Shown: positions 1-13,882, numbered from the stretch's first letter. The stretch is DNA of 64,000 nucleotides from Fimicolochytrium jonesii (GCF_025526975.1 NW_026515681.1:62001-126000); one strand, 5' to 3'. The notes: a model not told the origin generated them from the letters alone. Translations and numbers: made by a program.

Positions 1-3000
1 AAAACTCAACGGCCGCGATCTCCCTCAAACCTTACCCCCTGAACTCATCCCGCCTTCCACGCGCGACCTCGACTCCCTCACCTCCCTCGCTAAAAGCCAA
101 CTCCTAACAGACATCGTCCAGAAAAAGAACCTGGGACAATCATCCCCGCATGCGAGTACCAGTAGCCTGTTTGGGAGTAATGATCCCCTGGGCATTGCGT
201 CCTCGGCGGGGAACAGCCCGAATCTGGGTGAACGGAGGAAAGTGCAGGAACAACGAGACGCGGAGGAGAGTAAGAGGAGGGCGGTTGTGAGCCAGTTGGA
301 GGAGAAGAAGAAGGAGTTGGCTGCGGTCAAGGAAGGGATCGCAACTGCAAACAAAACAGCAACACAGACGAAGATCGAGGTGGACAAACTCCTAGCTGAA
401 GCACGACGATCCCATGCGCAGGTGAAATCTTCTCGCCCGGGCTCTGGATCGGGTGGCGACGCTACACGTGTAAAAGACCAAGCAACGACCATGGAACGCG
501 AGATCAACGCCCTGCTTGCGGATTGCAGACAATTGGCCAACACCCAGGCCGACAAGAAAATCCGGAAGGCGCAGGGCGGGTCTTTGATTGCGACACCGGC
601 AGCGGGCCCGGATGCGTTGCAGAGTAAGGCGGCGGCGTTGTTGGCGGCGAGGATGGCCGCGTTGGGTGTTAGTGCGCCTGCTTCACCGGTCTCGGCGCCG
701 GTCTCGGCGCCTTCGTCGGCACAGACAGACCACGCGGCCGTACCCGCCGCAGAAACGGAGAAGCGGAATATTTTGAAAGAGTTGGACGACGCCGCTGACC
801 GTGTTCGCTCACTCATGGCCCAAATCAACGCTGTCAAAGTGACCGGAGGGAATAATGGAGGTGCGGGATGGAACCCGAGCGTTGCGGAACGGGTGAAATG
901 GGAACAGGGTGTGGGCGTGAAGAGTAAGGATGTACGGAGGGTTGTGTTGGAGTTAGGCGGTGCTGCTTCCGGTTCGCCGGTCACGCCGAGGGAGTCGACT
1001 ACAGGAGGCTTCCTATCCCCCACCCCCACCCCCACCACCACAACCTCCGTCCTTTCCAAGGTCGGCGCTGCGGCCGGAACAGTCATCGGAGCCGTTGCGG
1101 GGACCGTCGCTGCCGCTACACATGTTGTCACCGACATTGCGTCCTCGGCGGTCTCACCCGTGTCACCGAAACCGACACAACCACCGCCGCCGTCTGCGGC
1201 GGCGCTGTTTGCGAATTTGACGAATGCGCCGGGGGTGCCTGCTAATTATTTCACGGCGTTGCCTGGCACGGGAGCGGGGAGTAAACCTGCCTTGTCGGAT
1301 ACCACGGGTGTTACGTCCCCTGTGAAATCTACCCCGCCAACTTCTGCACATACGGATAAGCCAAGTGCGTCGAACACCACAACGGGGGGCGTCGCGGCCG
1401 CTGTAAAGAGCGCGTTGACCACCACCGCGGCCGCCGTAAAGAGTGCGCTGCCAACCACTGCACCTACACTCCCCGACCGGTCTCCATCCACCCCAACTGG
1501 GGATACAAACCCCGCACCCCCGCCCCCACCACCACCACCAACCAGCACCCCGTCATTCGGGCCACCCACCCTCCAACCAGCACAATCACCTTTCACATCG
1601 TACCAACCCACCCAATCCATCCCAGCAACAGCGGCGTTGGCAGGTACGGGCGTAAACGACGTCGTGGCCCAGGCTGCCGCAGCTATCAAAGCCGTCAAGG
1701 AACGCCAGGCTGCTAAACTAGCCGCCTCGGCTCCGGGTACGCCGACAACACCAAGTCGGAACCCGTTCGCGAGTTTGGGTACGTCTCAGCCCGCTTCGCC
1801 CGTTAGATCTTCCGGGGATCCGTTCGGGGCGTTCGGACTCGGTGGTGGGAGCGGCGCAGCACCCACACCGTCCCAGCCTGCCTCCCCTATCAAATCTTCC
1901 GCAGATCCCTTTGCATCTCTCGGGTTTGGGAGTAGTGGTGGCGGCGGGGGAAAAGAGGGAGTGGAGGAAGAAGATGAAGTAGAGAAAGCGATGAGGAGGT
2001 TGAGGGAGCAGGAACGGGATCTGCTAGGGGAGGATTTTCGGTCGGGGGCAGGTAAGGAGCGTGAGGTGGTGCCTGCCCCGGGAAAATTAGGTGGTGGTGG
2101 TGGTGGTAGCGGCGGTGGTGTGTCGCAGAGGATACCGCCGAGTCCGGGTGTGAGTCCGGTGCGAAGGTTGTCGAATGCTGGTGGTGTGAGCGGAGGTGGG
2201 GGTGGGGGTGGGGGGACCGGGGTCGGTGGTGATGGGGCGAGAAGACCGAGTTTTGGTGGCGCGCCGCAGTTGTTGAGACGGCCGTCGGTTTCGAATTCGG
2301 GGGATGGGCACCAACAACAGGGGCAGCAACAACAACATCCGAAAGGACCTTCGGTGATGGAGAGAATTCGGGAGCGGGATCAGGCTGTTAAGGAGAGTGC
2401 TTCGACGACTCATACTCCACCGCCGGCTGTACCGCGACGGACGTCCGAATTCGGGGTTGCAAAACCAGTTCCACCACCGATACCCTCAGGCGGGATACCC
2501 CCACCCCCACCACCGCCACCCCCCGGCGCCGTCATTGTTCCTCGCAAAAAATCAACCACCCAACAACCAGACTCGTCACCACCACCCACCAAAACACTGC
2601 CGATCCCAACGGACATTGGGGCAGTCATCACCCCCCTCGCAATGCACGCCCTCAGCGCTGGCGCTGGAGCGGTGGGCAAAGTGAGCGATCGGATTAGATC
2701 TTTGCAAGGGGGGTTGGCGAGTGTGCTTGGCGGGGCTGTGGGGAGTATCACCTCTTCAACTTCAACTACCGACAACAACAAAGATGGGGAGAAAAGGGAG
2801 CAGAGCAGACCCCCGTCGCCTGTGAAGACTTCCCAGGGGTATCCGCCGCCACCGCCTCCCCCTCCCCCTGTTGTGGGATCGACGACAGCAACAGCTGGTC
2901 CGGTATCTCCAACCCAACGCAGCAGCACCGAAAGCGAGTGGGAAATGGTCGAGGAGGAAAAGAAGGAGCAGGGGGATGCTGTGTCCCCTCTTCATGGCCA

Positions 3001-6000
3001 TTTACAGGCGCATCACCACCACCATCATCACTCCCATCACGGTCCTGAACATGGCTCGGGGCAGGGAGACCTGCAGCAGGAGAAGAAGGATATGCGATCC
3101 CAACGAGCCCTCAGCGACGTGTTCGCGGATAAATTCGAGAAGAGCGGGTATGCTGATGCCATTCGCTCTACCACCACCATTACCCCAGCGACACATGAGC
3201 CAGTCATCGTCACAACCACCCCGGCCTCCGAACCGATACTGTTCAAAGCGCGCGCGCTGTTCGCGTTTGAGCCAGCCCGCGCGGACGATCTGCGGTTGGA
3301 GGTGGGGGATGTGGTGGATGTGGAGAGGGAGGTTGGGGAGTGGCTTTATGGACGTGTGAGTGAAAGGAGTGGGTGGGTGCCGAGGAATTATGTTGAGGTT
3401 GTTGGGGAGGGAGGGCTGGGGACACACGGGGATGCGAGTAGCGTTTCTGATGTTGAGAGTGGTGAGTTGTACGAGGTGCTGTGAATACAAGGATCACGGG
3501 GTATCTGGACTGACGATTTGGGTTATTTAGACGTGCACGAAGACCCTTCCACAACCCGCGCCGACTCCTTCTACTACGCCGAAGCCATCTGGTCCTACGA
3601 CAAACAACTTCCCGACGAGCTCTCCCTTGCCGTCGGCGACGCTATCACTGTTCTCGACAACAACTCCGACACACAGTGGTGGAAGGTCGAGAACGCCAAG
3701 GGGGAGTCCGGGCTCGTTCCTGCCAATTACCTACGCGAACGGCCCGCGCCGAACACGAGGGATGCGTCCGCGATTCCAAGCTGGATGGCCCCGGGGAAGG
3801 GTGGGGTGAGGGAGTATACACCGCAGAGCTCGTCGGGGGATCTTGGCGGGCGGAGTAGTACGGCTGGGGAAGGGTTTAATGCCGGGTATGCCACCCCGCC
3901 GCTACCGAGCAAGTTCAAGCGGCAGATGATGCCCAAGTCGACGTCGTTCACGATTCAGAGTTTAAGTACGTGGGGTGATGAGGATGCCGGGGAGCAAGGG
4001 CGGGCCAGCGTGGGTGGTGGGGGCCGGTCACGGAGTTTGGAGGATAATACGGGCACGGGTGCGGCGGCATCGCTTTACGTGCCTGGATCCACCGGCGGGG
4101 GGCTGTCGAAGAGCAACAGTCTAAACACGATCCACCAAGCATCAGCGTCGACATCATGGGCGACGAAAGTCGACCCGGCTCGCCTCCCCTCCATCCCGGC
4201 CGACGAGCGCAAACGGCAAGAAGCCATCTTCGAGCTGATCGCGACCGAGCAGAGCTACGTACGTGACCTCGAATCCATCTGCCATACCTTCTACGGACCC
4301 ATGTCCGGCATGCTCTCCCCGCCAGACCTGGCCGCGATCTTCGCCAACATTGAGGACATCAAGCTCGTTAACGCGGTCATCCTTTCCGACTTTGAAGCCA
4401 TCCAAACCGAGCAAGACTTCATCATCGACGGCATTGGCGAGATCTTTGTCCGGCACGCGGGCTCGCTCACTGTGTACCAATCCTACTGCGGCAACTTTGC
4501 CCACGCGCTCAAAGTCCTCCAGAAATGCCGCACGGACAACCCGCGCCTGCAGGAGTTTCTGAAACGCGAGCAGACGAATAACCCGCTGTGCCGATCGCTG
4601 GATTTGAGCTCGTTTTTGTTGCAGCCTATGCAGCGGATCACGCGGTACTCGTTGTTGTTGAAGCAGGTGCTGCATTATACGCCGAAAGCACATCCGGATC
4701 ATGAGGCGGTTGTGAGGGCGCTGGCGATGAGTGAGCGCGAGGCGGAGATGGTGAATTCGGCGGCGAGGGAGAGGGAGAGTAAGGAGAAGTTGGAGGAGGT
4801 TGGGAGGGTGTTGGATTTGAGTTGTAATGAGGTAGGGAGGAAGATGTCTGTCGGCGTCCCTCATCTGGTCACATGTTTACGGCACACTTACCCTCGTTTC
4901 AAACACAGGAGCACAAACTGGATCTGACGGCCCCGACGCGCGTGTTTGGACCCCGCATCTTTATCCATGAGGGCGACCTGACGAAGAGCAAGAGTGGGCG
5001 GAAACTGCATGCGTATCTGTTCAATGATGTGCTACTACTCGCCCAGCCTAAGGGGAAACAGGAGCGGAATGTTAAGGGGTATACCTATGGGTTGTATAAG
5101 AAGGTATTGCTTGGAGGATGCATTGGTGCGAGGTCAAAGTGGTTGGTTCACTCACATCCGTAATCAAACCCCGCAGCCAATGCCTCTCAACGAAATCGCC
5201 GTCCGCGACCCGCACAAAGTCGGCAAAGAAGTCGCGCCGGTCGACGAAGCCTGCTTCCAAATCGTGCATGGCCAAGACGCCGTAACTGTGCGCGCCCCCT
5301 CCGCCGCCGCCAAACGCAAATGGGTCAACACCCTGGAGGAGCAGACCCGCCAGTACTTTGTTGCTGAGAAATCCCTCGCTGAGGGCGCGTGGAAGGGCGG
5401 GCGGTTTGTGGAGGGGCGACCGATTGGGACCTTGTCGGTGAATGTCCTCGAGGGGAAGGAGTTAGCGGTTGGAGGGGCTGCTTCTAAAGGTATCGTGGGA
5501 ATCGGTGACCCCTTTTGAAAGAGAAATGGTTGACTCATGGGTTTTTTTTTTGGCTGTTTAGGCAACAAACTGGAGATCTACGCCCGCGTGCAACTCAACC
5601 GGCAGCAAGTCAAGACGCGCACCGTCAACTCGCGCACACCGCATTGGAACCAGACCTTGGTCTTCTCGGTGCTGAGTCTGGACGAGACGCTTAAGTTGTC
5701 GTTGTTCAATTATGATCGGTATTCGCAGGATGGTGAGGACTTGTTTATTTTTTGGATAATTCGAACTAGCTTCACTAACCTTGCCGTCGGTCGTCATTTT
5801 TCAGAATACCTCGGACATGCGGCGCTGTCTTTGGACCTACTGTAAGTACCTCCCTCATCACCTACATGATCATTCAACCCGCATCTCACCATCCCCTTCT
5901 CTCCCGCTACACAGAGAATACTACGGCGAAAAAGAAACTGAAGTCATCACCCTGCCCTTACAGGACGTCCGAGGCGGCTCCATATCCGTCAAGCTGGCCT

Positions 6001-6014
6001 TCAGACGATCTTGA
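1..6014 (+). CDS. Intersectin/Pan1-like endocytic scaffold, 5'-truncated: end of EH region, coiled coil, Pro-rich region, 2x SH3, RhoGEF (DH), PH, C2; multi-exon
   Basis: The frame from base 2 reads KLNGRDLPQTLPPELIPPSTRDL (post-EH motif) and continues into ORF 242..3484. SH3 motifs: ALFAFEP..GWVPRNYV and AIWSYD..GLVPANYL. DH: RQEAIFELIATEQSYVRDL..FLLQPMQRITRYSLLL. PH: LFNDVLLL. C2: PHWNQTLVF. GT-AG introns, e.g. 3462-3530. Confidence 0.9.
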
Positions 6015-6534
6015 TACCACGGACAGTAAATCACCCCAACTTTGTATACATAGCCTTTCGTCGTCTTCTATGCCTCACCTTGGAGCAACCACACATTTCG
6101 TACTTTTCGGGGCATCATGTTTTACGTCTTTTCCCCTTCACTTGGCACCTACCGCATCATTTCATGCATTTCTTCTTTGACCCTTATTTGTACATGTACA
6201 TGTTTGCCTGTGGAGCCTCGAGCCGCGAATATGAATGATTGACCGCACATGACACATTATTGTGCACATTTACCATGCGATTGCGGGACAATGATACTTT
6301 ACGTACATAGTACATGAGAGAGAGAGAATAGATGCAGAGATCCCCAGTGAGGAGGCAGTAGAAATAGGATGGGTATGCTCATACGTTTTACAAATGGGGG
6401 GTATCGGATCCTTTCGTCGTCGGATAGTCGTGGATGAAGAAACCGCGGAAAATGTGATCCGGTCTCGGTAGAAAGGGGGTCGACGCAACGAAAACCAAAC
6501 CAGATGTCCCTCCGATGTGCGCCGGTGGCCAAGA

Positions 6535-8418
6535 TCAGGACGCCGCACTCGTCGCATTCCCGCCCGCGGTCGTCGCCACATCCCACTTTTGATCACACCA
6601 CGGCATCCCCGGTATACAGTTCAAATACTTACACCACGCACACCCACCAGTCGTATCCGCCCCCTGATCACCCGCGCGATAAAACCCCCTCAACAGGAAA
6701 TACATCACCAGCCCCAACCCAGGCAACGCCAGAACCGCCAACATGCGTTTGCGCCACTTATCCCCCTCGCTGAAATATATCGTCGGCATAAACACAAGCC
6801 CGGCGAGCAAACCAGTGTAAAACCCGCCCATGTGCGCGAAATTGTCGATGTAGGGCAGCATCCCGATGAGCAGCGAGATGGCGATTTGGATAAACAGGAA
6901 GAAGAGCTCGCGGATCGGGCGGGTGATCAGCTGCCAGTTGTAGAATAGGTCGAGGAGGAGGCAGGCGAGGAGGCCGTACAGAGAGCCGGAGCATCCGACG
7001 CTTGGGGTGAGCGGGTTGAAGTTGGCGCCGAAGATGAACCCGGCGATCCCGGAACTCATGTAGATGATGAGCATCCGCCACCAGCCGAAATCACGCTCCA
7101 TCGCGAAGCCCGTGCGGATCTGGAAGCTGAGGTTCAAGAGCAGGTGCACGACGCCGCCGTGGAGCCCGATCGGGGTGATGAAGCGGTACCATTGGTTTGG
7201 GTGTTTGGGGTCGGCGAGGCCTGACATCCCGCATATGTCATTTAATGTGCAGAGCGTGCCCCCTGCGAGCGAGCCCTTTGTGCCCACAGGACACTGCAGA
7301 GCGTCCGAGCTCTCATATCCGGTCCCGGTCCGCATGCACGGCACGAACCGCGCGCCCATACTGATCAGCGTACCCGGGCCCGGTCCGATCATGTAGTTGA
7401 AATCGGGGGAAGTCTGGATCGGTGACCCCGTGCGTTTCCAGCTCATGTACAGCTCGCCGAGGAAAGCGGCGATTTGCGCGGTGGTGATGAGGATGAGGAA
7501 GTAAGGGCTGTGCCGTTTTTGGTTGAGGAGTTGCGCGCGCACCAAGGGGTCTTGGAGCGCTCGTGGGCCTTTTTGCGAGGCGGCTTGTTCGGCGGCGAGG
7601 TGGGAGTAGTAGGAGGACGAGGAGCCACGCCTGGGGTTGAGGCTTTCAGTGGAGGAGTGGGGCGAGTCGCCTGTTTCGATGTCTGCAGAACAGTAGTTTT
7701 TGGTTACCAAGATAGAAGTGCCACGCACTCTGTACAAAGTGGTATACATACCCGAGCCCTGCCTGGACGATCGCCCAGAGCCATCACTTGTTTCGTTCAG
7801 AATGTTCGTCGCAGTCCTGGGATCGGCATAAAAAGCGTATCCATTATCCTGGTAGTGCGTATCTGCAATGTAAAAACTATTAATCCATCGTGAAAACACC
7901 TGATGTGACAGCAGAGCCGCCGGGCTCACCGACCTTGATACCGCCCTCTCCCATCTGTCATCACCGCTTCTGGAGGCGCCGATGGTAATGGCAACCTGCG
8001 ATTGAATCCATCAGAAACAGTCATGTAACCCAATCCCACACAAATCTCTCAATACTGCAGGAGACACGCACCGTTGACCGCCCATACGTTCGGGCCACAC
8101 CCTTCGCTGCTCAGACCGCCCGGGACTCCCCGCACTGTACGACGACGCAGGCGGCGGCGGATAATCTCCGTACCCAAGCGATTTCGAGACAGGCGGTGGC
8201 TGTGATCCATACCGTGCATGCTGCGGCGGTGGCGGGAGGTGGTAGAAGCGCTCGTTGTTATGTTGCTGAGGAGAATACGGCTGCTGTTGTTGATGTTGAT
8301 TGGTGACATTGGGAAAACTTTGGACGTACTCGCCGTCTGCAGTCCGAGAGTGGGCTGGCCATGACCCGGGCAGTGGGCTGCTGTAGGCGTAGGGCGGTGG
8401 TGTTGGGTGATGTTGCAT
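6535..8418 (-). CDS. Rhomboid family intramembrane serine protease (S54)
   Basis: QWYRFITPIGLHGGVVHLLLN, catalytic GCSG and AHMGG motifs, multiple TM helices. The N-terminal exon (ORF 8011..8418) and its splicing are inferred. Confidence 0.88.
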
Positions 8419-9279
8419 TGTATGATCTGTCTGGTGAGAGAGAAGGGATGCAGCGCTATTATGCGCTTGGCATAGCTTTTAAGGCCGGCGGAGTTTGCAC
8501 GCTTGCGTTTTGAAGGATCTGCGTGGGGGATCTGCCTCTTGGAATGGCGGGAAAATAAGCTCATGTAGGGATGAGTTCGAAATGGAATCTTCGCAGGGTC
8601 CACGGGTTGTGCATTCTGAGAATCTAGGATTATCATTCTGGCAACCGCCGAACGCGTCGGAGAAAGAAGTGTTACCCGTGACGTGAGCAGCGCCCGACGT
8701 GTTCTCCTGTTGTCTCGGACGCGTTTTCGAGGTTCCTACTACTTCTTCCCTGCTCGGAATCCAAGCATGTTGTGCCCAACGCGCACACCGCAAAACCTCA
8801 GCTTCCAATGATCTATGTTATACAACGTTGCAATTGCAAATGAAATCTATCAGCCGAAGTCACCATCTACATGTATTCCGTGAATTTCCTTACAACTGAT
8901 GACTATCTGCCTCCTAGAAGGACGGTATTCCCATGACTGAGGACACGCAGGGGGAGCCGCATTAACCAGATGACGCACAACTGAATTCATATCAGCGTTC
9001 TCCAAGCGACGGGGACCTTCCCGCTTGGCCCTCATCGGAGCTTCACACAAGGATGTGTTGGTGCAAGCAAATTGTGCCCGCTCCTGTCTCCGGCGATGAG
9101 ACACAATGAGCCTGCGCGGCCGTGACTAAATCTTGATTCATCTTTTTCGAAGAGAGCTAGTCCACTGCCCGCGTCAAAGGAGAGGTAAGTCGGATCGTCC
9201 ATGATCAAAGACTCCTTCCGGCCTGGGCGCATCGACAGAAAAGTCCTCATCATGGCAGATGAGAAGCAATCCAATCTTC

Positions 9280-10179
9280 CTACTGAATCATGCTCCCTGC
9301 AAAGTTGTCGGCTTTCGTCTTGTGATCTGCTGGGTTCGCCGCAAGCTTTGCAAGTGGATGGAGAGAGACGGAATCAAGACCAATGTCACTCAAATGTGGG
9401 AGTTGTTCAAACCTGCCATATCTTACCTCATAAACAGTGATGACCGGATCCTTCTTTATCACATCCCACTCGCCCTTTAGCCCAATGTAGAAGATCCTCG
9501 TCACCTCCGCGCCAAAGTTGGAAGGAAAGTACAACGTTAGATGCCTAACGTTCTGGAACTTCGTCATACGAGTCGGATATTCGGGGATCAAGGCAGCTGC
9601 AGTCGATGTGGTATCGCCGTGCACGAGCTCCCATTCTTGCGCGGGAGGAGTCGCTTCGGCTGTGTCAAAGTCGAGGTCTGCTCGGTTCACGTATCTACGA
9701 AGAATCGCAAGTATTTGAGTCAAACGGTACACCCGGGAAAGGGAACTCCGCAAAGACTGCATCACATACGCTTTCATAGACGCTGGCGCCTCTTCACCCG
9801 GCCCGCCTACCACTGCTATCGACTTTAACTTGATGTTCGCCGTAAACCTGTCCACCCCAACCGTAAGCCCTCTCACTTGACGTTGAAGTAACAGCAGCGG
9901 GCCCGCTCACGGTATATGCACAATCAACTGCTCATCGACATCACTCTCCACAAAGGTCGTCCTATCGTTTCGCTGGTCCCACGTCTTGAACACCTTCTTT
10001 ATGGCGCCGTCGTCGCTTTCGTTCAGACAGGTGACGTTGTCCAGATCTACCTGTTGGTAGAGAGTGTACTCGCTGCCTCGGTCAGGGCCGTCGTGGTCGT
10101 GGTCGTGATCGTGATCGTGCCCATGGCCATGTCCTCCACCTCCGCGGTGGTCATGGTGCTCGTCGTGACAGTGAGACAT
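9280..10179 (-). CDS. PITHD1: PITH domain-containing protein with His-rich N-terminus; spliced
   Basis: ESDVDEQLIVHIP/FTANIKLKSI, KFQNVRHLTLYFPSNFGAEVTRIFYIGLKGEW, and C-terminal ANPADHK. Confidence 0.9.
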
Positions 10180-10359
10180 GGTGTGGGGGTGTGGGGGTTC
10201 CTATTTGGGTTGTCGGATGCCGTCGTCCTCGCTTCGCAATCAGCTTCGCAATGCCGATTCCCCTATTGTCAGAAGGCCAAAACGGAACGACGCGTTCTGT
10301 CCCCAGCTTTTCCAAGGGAATTGACACACAGTGGTGCGAACCAGGAGAACGTGCAAGTA
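10180..10359. promoter_or_regulatory. Probable bidirectional promoter between divergent PITHD1 and CEP20
   Basis: Only 180 bp separate two head-to-head start codons; function is inferred. Confidence 0.45.
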
Positions 10360-11155
10360 ATGGCACAAGCATCCTCAACCGCCCGCCCACGTTCCGCTGC
10401 TCCTGGCGCTGGCGCCGAGCAGTATGGCGGTGCCGCTTCCTACGATGACCTCAAAGATGGTAGGCAATCTTGCCGCGTTCTTTCGTAAAAATGCTGCATA
10501 CCTCGTACTCACTCATACACACCCCAGCCTTGAAAGAGAACCTGCAAACGACCGGAGTGCTGGCAGATCTGAGAGCACGTATCCGTGCATCCGTGTTTGA
10601 CTCGCTGCAGGACTCGGTAGGCGTGGGCTGTCTGTTTTGGGCTTTATGGGAAGGGACGTACCGAAAGCTGTCGTGGCGGATCCAACATTTCATAACCCTT
10701 CCCACATCCTCTCCGACCTTCATCACTCAGGAAGCACCCAGACCTCCCGCCAACAGCCCACAAGCCGATCTCGTCAACGAGCTTATCCGGGAATACATGC
10801 GATACATGGGCTACCGGCACAGTCTCTCCGTGTTTGCCGCCGAAGCAGACCTGCCGCGCAGACCACCCAAACGTGAAGCCCTCGCTGATGAGTTGGGTTT
10901 AGAGCTGGGGCCGAAAAAGCCGTCAGAGGAGGGCGGGGGTGCTGAGGATAATGTGTATCCTGCCCATCTGTACGTTGGAATGTTTTTGTTTTTATCATCT
11001 CGCCCAGCGAGCGCGCTTCTGTGAAGACGTCTGCTAACTTTCCCATTTTTACCTCCATCCAATATATCATCTTTCCATCGAGAAGACCGCTGCTGTATGG
11101 CTTATCCCTCCGTCACGCTGTCAAAGATCCCGCCGCAAAGTCTATCAAGAGGTGA
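10360..11155 (+). CDS. CEP20: FOP-related LisH centriolar protein (FOR20/FOPNL); spliced
   Basis: LKENLQTTGVLADLRARIRASVF, LisH motif LVNELIREYMRYMGYRHSLSVFAAE, C-terminal PLLYGL. ATG at 10360, TGA at 11153-11155. Confidence 0.85.
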
Positions 11156-13724
11156 CATTGGATATAGGGAGCGAAAACGGCGCAAGGACATCATGAGTGT
11201 CGGTGAATGGCGATTTTTGGTTGGACGACTGTCTATATGTACAGTATATGTGTACTTATTAGTTCGAGTGAGGAAGGGCTGTTCTGTCGTCGAGACCAAG
11301 AAAAAATCCCATTGCCGGCGAGCTTTCCGCCGTGGAGGGTTGAGATCGTCTGCTTGCTACGGCGAACAGCGAAAGCGTCGCAAGGCGGCATTCACCCTTA
11401 CCCACCCCGTCTCCCTGACTGATATTTGTGAGAGACCACCTGGGTGAAAAAGAAAAGACACCATCCTGCCTCTGAGCCTCTCCACACGTTCACGACGCAC
11501 GAGGGGCAGCCGTCCGGACTCCGACGATAGCAAAATACAACGTTCACCGCAGGGGGACACAGAACAAACGTTCTTGTGCTTCTCGAAAAGTTTATATCGA
11601 GCCTCTCTACCCGGGTTCCATCGGCTAGTAGATTACGAGAGATGACGTTGGCGTGTCCCGGAAACATTTAGAAAAAGTTGAAAGAAGAGATGGTGGTACA
11701 GTACCAGTCCCTATGAGTTGCATTTGTGCGCTGCGCTTGTTGTGCAAAGTTGCAAACTGCGCTCAAACGAGTCCGACCGTGACGGTCACTTCGGGTTGGC
11801 GTCGTTGGAGATAACTTTTTGTTGTGGATGAGGCGCCGCGGACGTCGGGGAAGAGGGCCTCACCGATCATTGATGTGACTGGCGTTGACTGGCAACTGAC
11901 TCTCAGGTCGACGACACTCTCTTTCGGTGCGGGATGTCGGGATTTCTGCATCCGCTTTGCCAATCTTGCTCATAGTTGCATCACATTCCGCTCTCAGTCC
12001 CATGTTTGGTCAGTACATGTGCGATAGCATATACAATCGGCGGTAAGAGCCCAAAACGCTTGACAAGGTTCGACGGAGGCTTGCTGCCCGATGCAGCCAC
12101 TCTTGACTTTCGCCTGTTGATGGACGGTAAACGCGATGCTTGCCCGCACTGCACAGCATGAGCCTCCTCTGAACCCGCAGGAGTTCCCTCCATTCTCTAC
12201 GCCGACTACCATGTGCCGTCGGCGGGTTGGAAGACGGTTGCACATAGAGGGTTGGGTGAGCTGCGTGCGGGATGGCGGGCCGACCAAACCATCTGGGTTC
12301 GAAGTTTGAAAGTCACTGGGGAGGGCTGCGCGACGCGTTTGTGACAAGAGAGTGTTCCTTCCCCTTGCCCTTTGATCGCCTCAAAACCGAGGTTGCAACA
12401 GAACTGCCATCTGACATCTTCCCTGAAGTTCCCTCGTGGATGGAGATGTTATGTCGGTCCGACTCCGCGGTCCTCGTCATCTTCGTCGGTGGTTCCCACC
12501 TCTCGGTGGCTTTCACATAACACATTGGCCACTCATCAGATGGAGAGGGTGCACGAGGAAACTCCGAGGTGCTGGGACAAAGTACTGTGTGTATGCGAGC
12601 CCGTGGGAGATTCAAACCTCTCTAGATCGGCGCATGAACACAGATGCGACAAGACACCCGATCGCATTCACCCCTTCTTTGTTCAACCTCCCCCACAGCG
12701 TCTCGTTGAGGCGGCCATGTGCAAAATCTGCTTTCCTGACCCCTCGTGCTTTCTCCCGCTTGATCTAAGCCCGACGTCATCTTGGCGGATGGACATTTGG
12801 GCCAGAGACTCGACATGTCCTCCTCGGCATCGGACGAAAGAAAAGGTTACCGTCACCCTTTCCATAGGCCGTCTCGTCTTGCAGTAGAAGAAGGGATTTG
12901 TGCTGTTGGTGAAACGCACCTGACGTCGTCCCTTGCCTGTCGATGCAACATTCTTGCTTGCTTTGATCGAAGAAAGAGACTGAGATGTTGATTGCCCTGG
13001 TCGTGACCCACTGGGGAGCATCCTCCGCGGTGGATGAAAGTTTTGTCTCGCGATAGCCATCATCATCAGAGCTGGCAGCACAAGCCTCAAGAGCCTCTCC
13101 GCTCGCTCCAAGGGTTCGCTCTTCCACCGCCGCAGACAATGATATCCAACCCCCGTTGAAAATAATGCATCAGTGCAGGTTGCGCTCCACAAGGCCAGCA
13201 CATTTTTTCTCTTCTCCAATCCTCTCAAGCATGACCTCACGGCGTGCGACGGTGCGGCCCGCCGGTCCATCCCCATCGGAAATCTCGGACGACCCTACCC
13301 GATAACCTTCTCCAATGCCCCATAGAGCACATGAGCTACAGAGGATAGCATCTTTGCCCTCCACAAGCGCACAACCGCCGCCTGTCACGCATCGGGATGT
13401 AGACGAAAAGAATCAAAAAAAGCATCTGTCGTGATGCATCATCAAGCCTTCTTGCATCTCGTATGCTCGTTCTGATGCATCGCTGCGACTGCCTCACCTC
13501 CCATCCAAGTTTATGCACAACACAAACGGATCAAAGCACGAGCGCTCGCTACTCCATGACCTGCGATGACTATCGTAGGTGAGACCCACCTGATGCGAGG
13601 CGGCTTGGCGGATTCTCGCGATGAGCAAGGGGGAGAGTGAACGGATGCGAGAGGTGCTTGTGCGTGCGAAGGAGCAAGGGGCAAATGTCATCTCTGCAAC
13701 CCCTCTAGGATCATTGGCTTTTCC

Positions 13725-13732
13725 TATAAAAG
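13725..13732 (+). promoter_or_regulatory. TATA box of the lipase gene
   Basis: TATAAAAG ~150 bp upstream of the ATG at 13883, followed by a pyrimidine-rich tract. Confidence 0.5.
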
Positions 13733-13882
13733 GGCACGGGCCCACGCCATCCCTCCTCTCAACTTCACCACATTCCTCCATCGCATCGAGTTAGTCCTCT
13801 TCCGGCATCTGAAAAGCAGCTGGTTTGCTTCAGCCTCCGCGCCATCCCTTATCGTCCAAGTAGAGCTCCTGTCCCTGCAGCC

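Noticed and set aside
25..1137. Long antisense and alternate-frame ORFs here and over other genes (e.g. 55301..56035, 63336..63914)
   Set aside because: Shadows of GC-rich coding sequence on the other strand or frame, with no motifs of their own.
9201..9260. RPGRIDRKV resembling the AAA-ATPase second region of homology
   Set aside because: An in-frame stop lies just upstream, there are no Walker motifs, and the ORF overlaps the PITHD1 3' end; probably chance.
10075..10179. His/Asp-rich N-terminus of PITHD1 as a novelty
   Set aside because: His-rich leaders are common in fungal PITH proteins.
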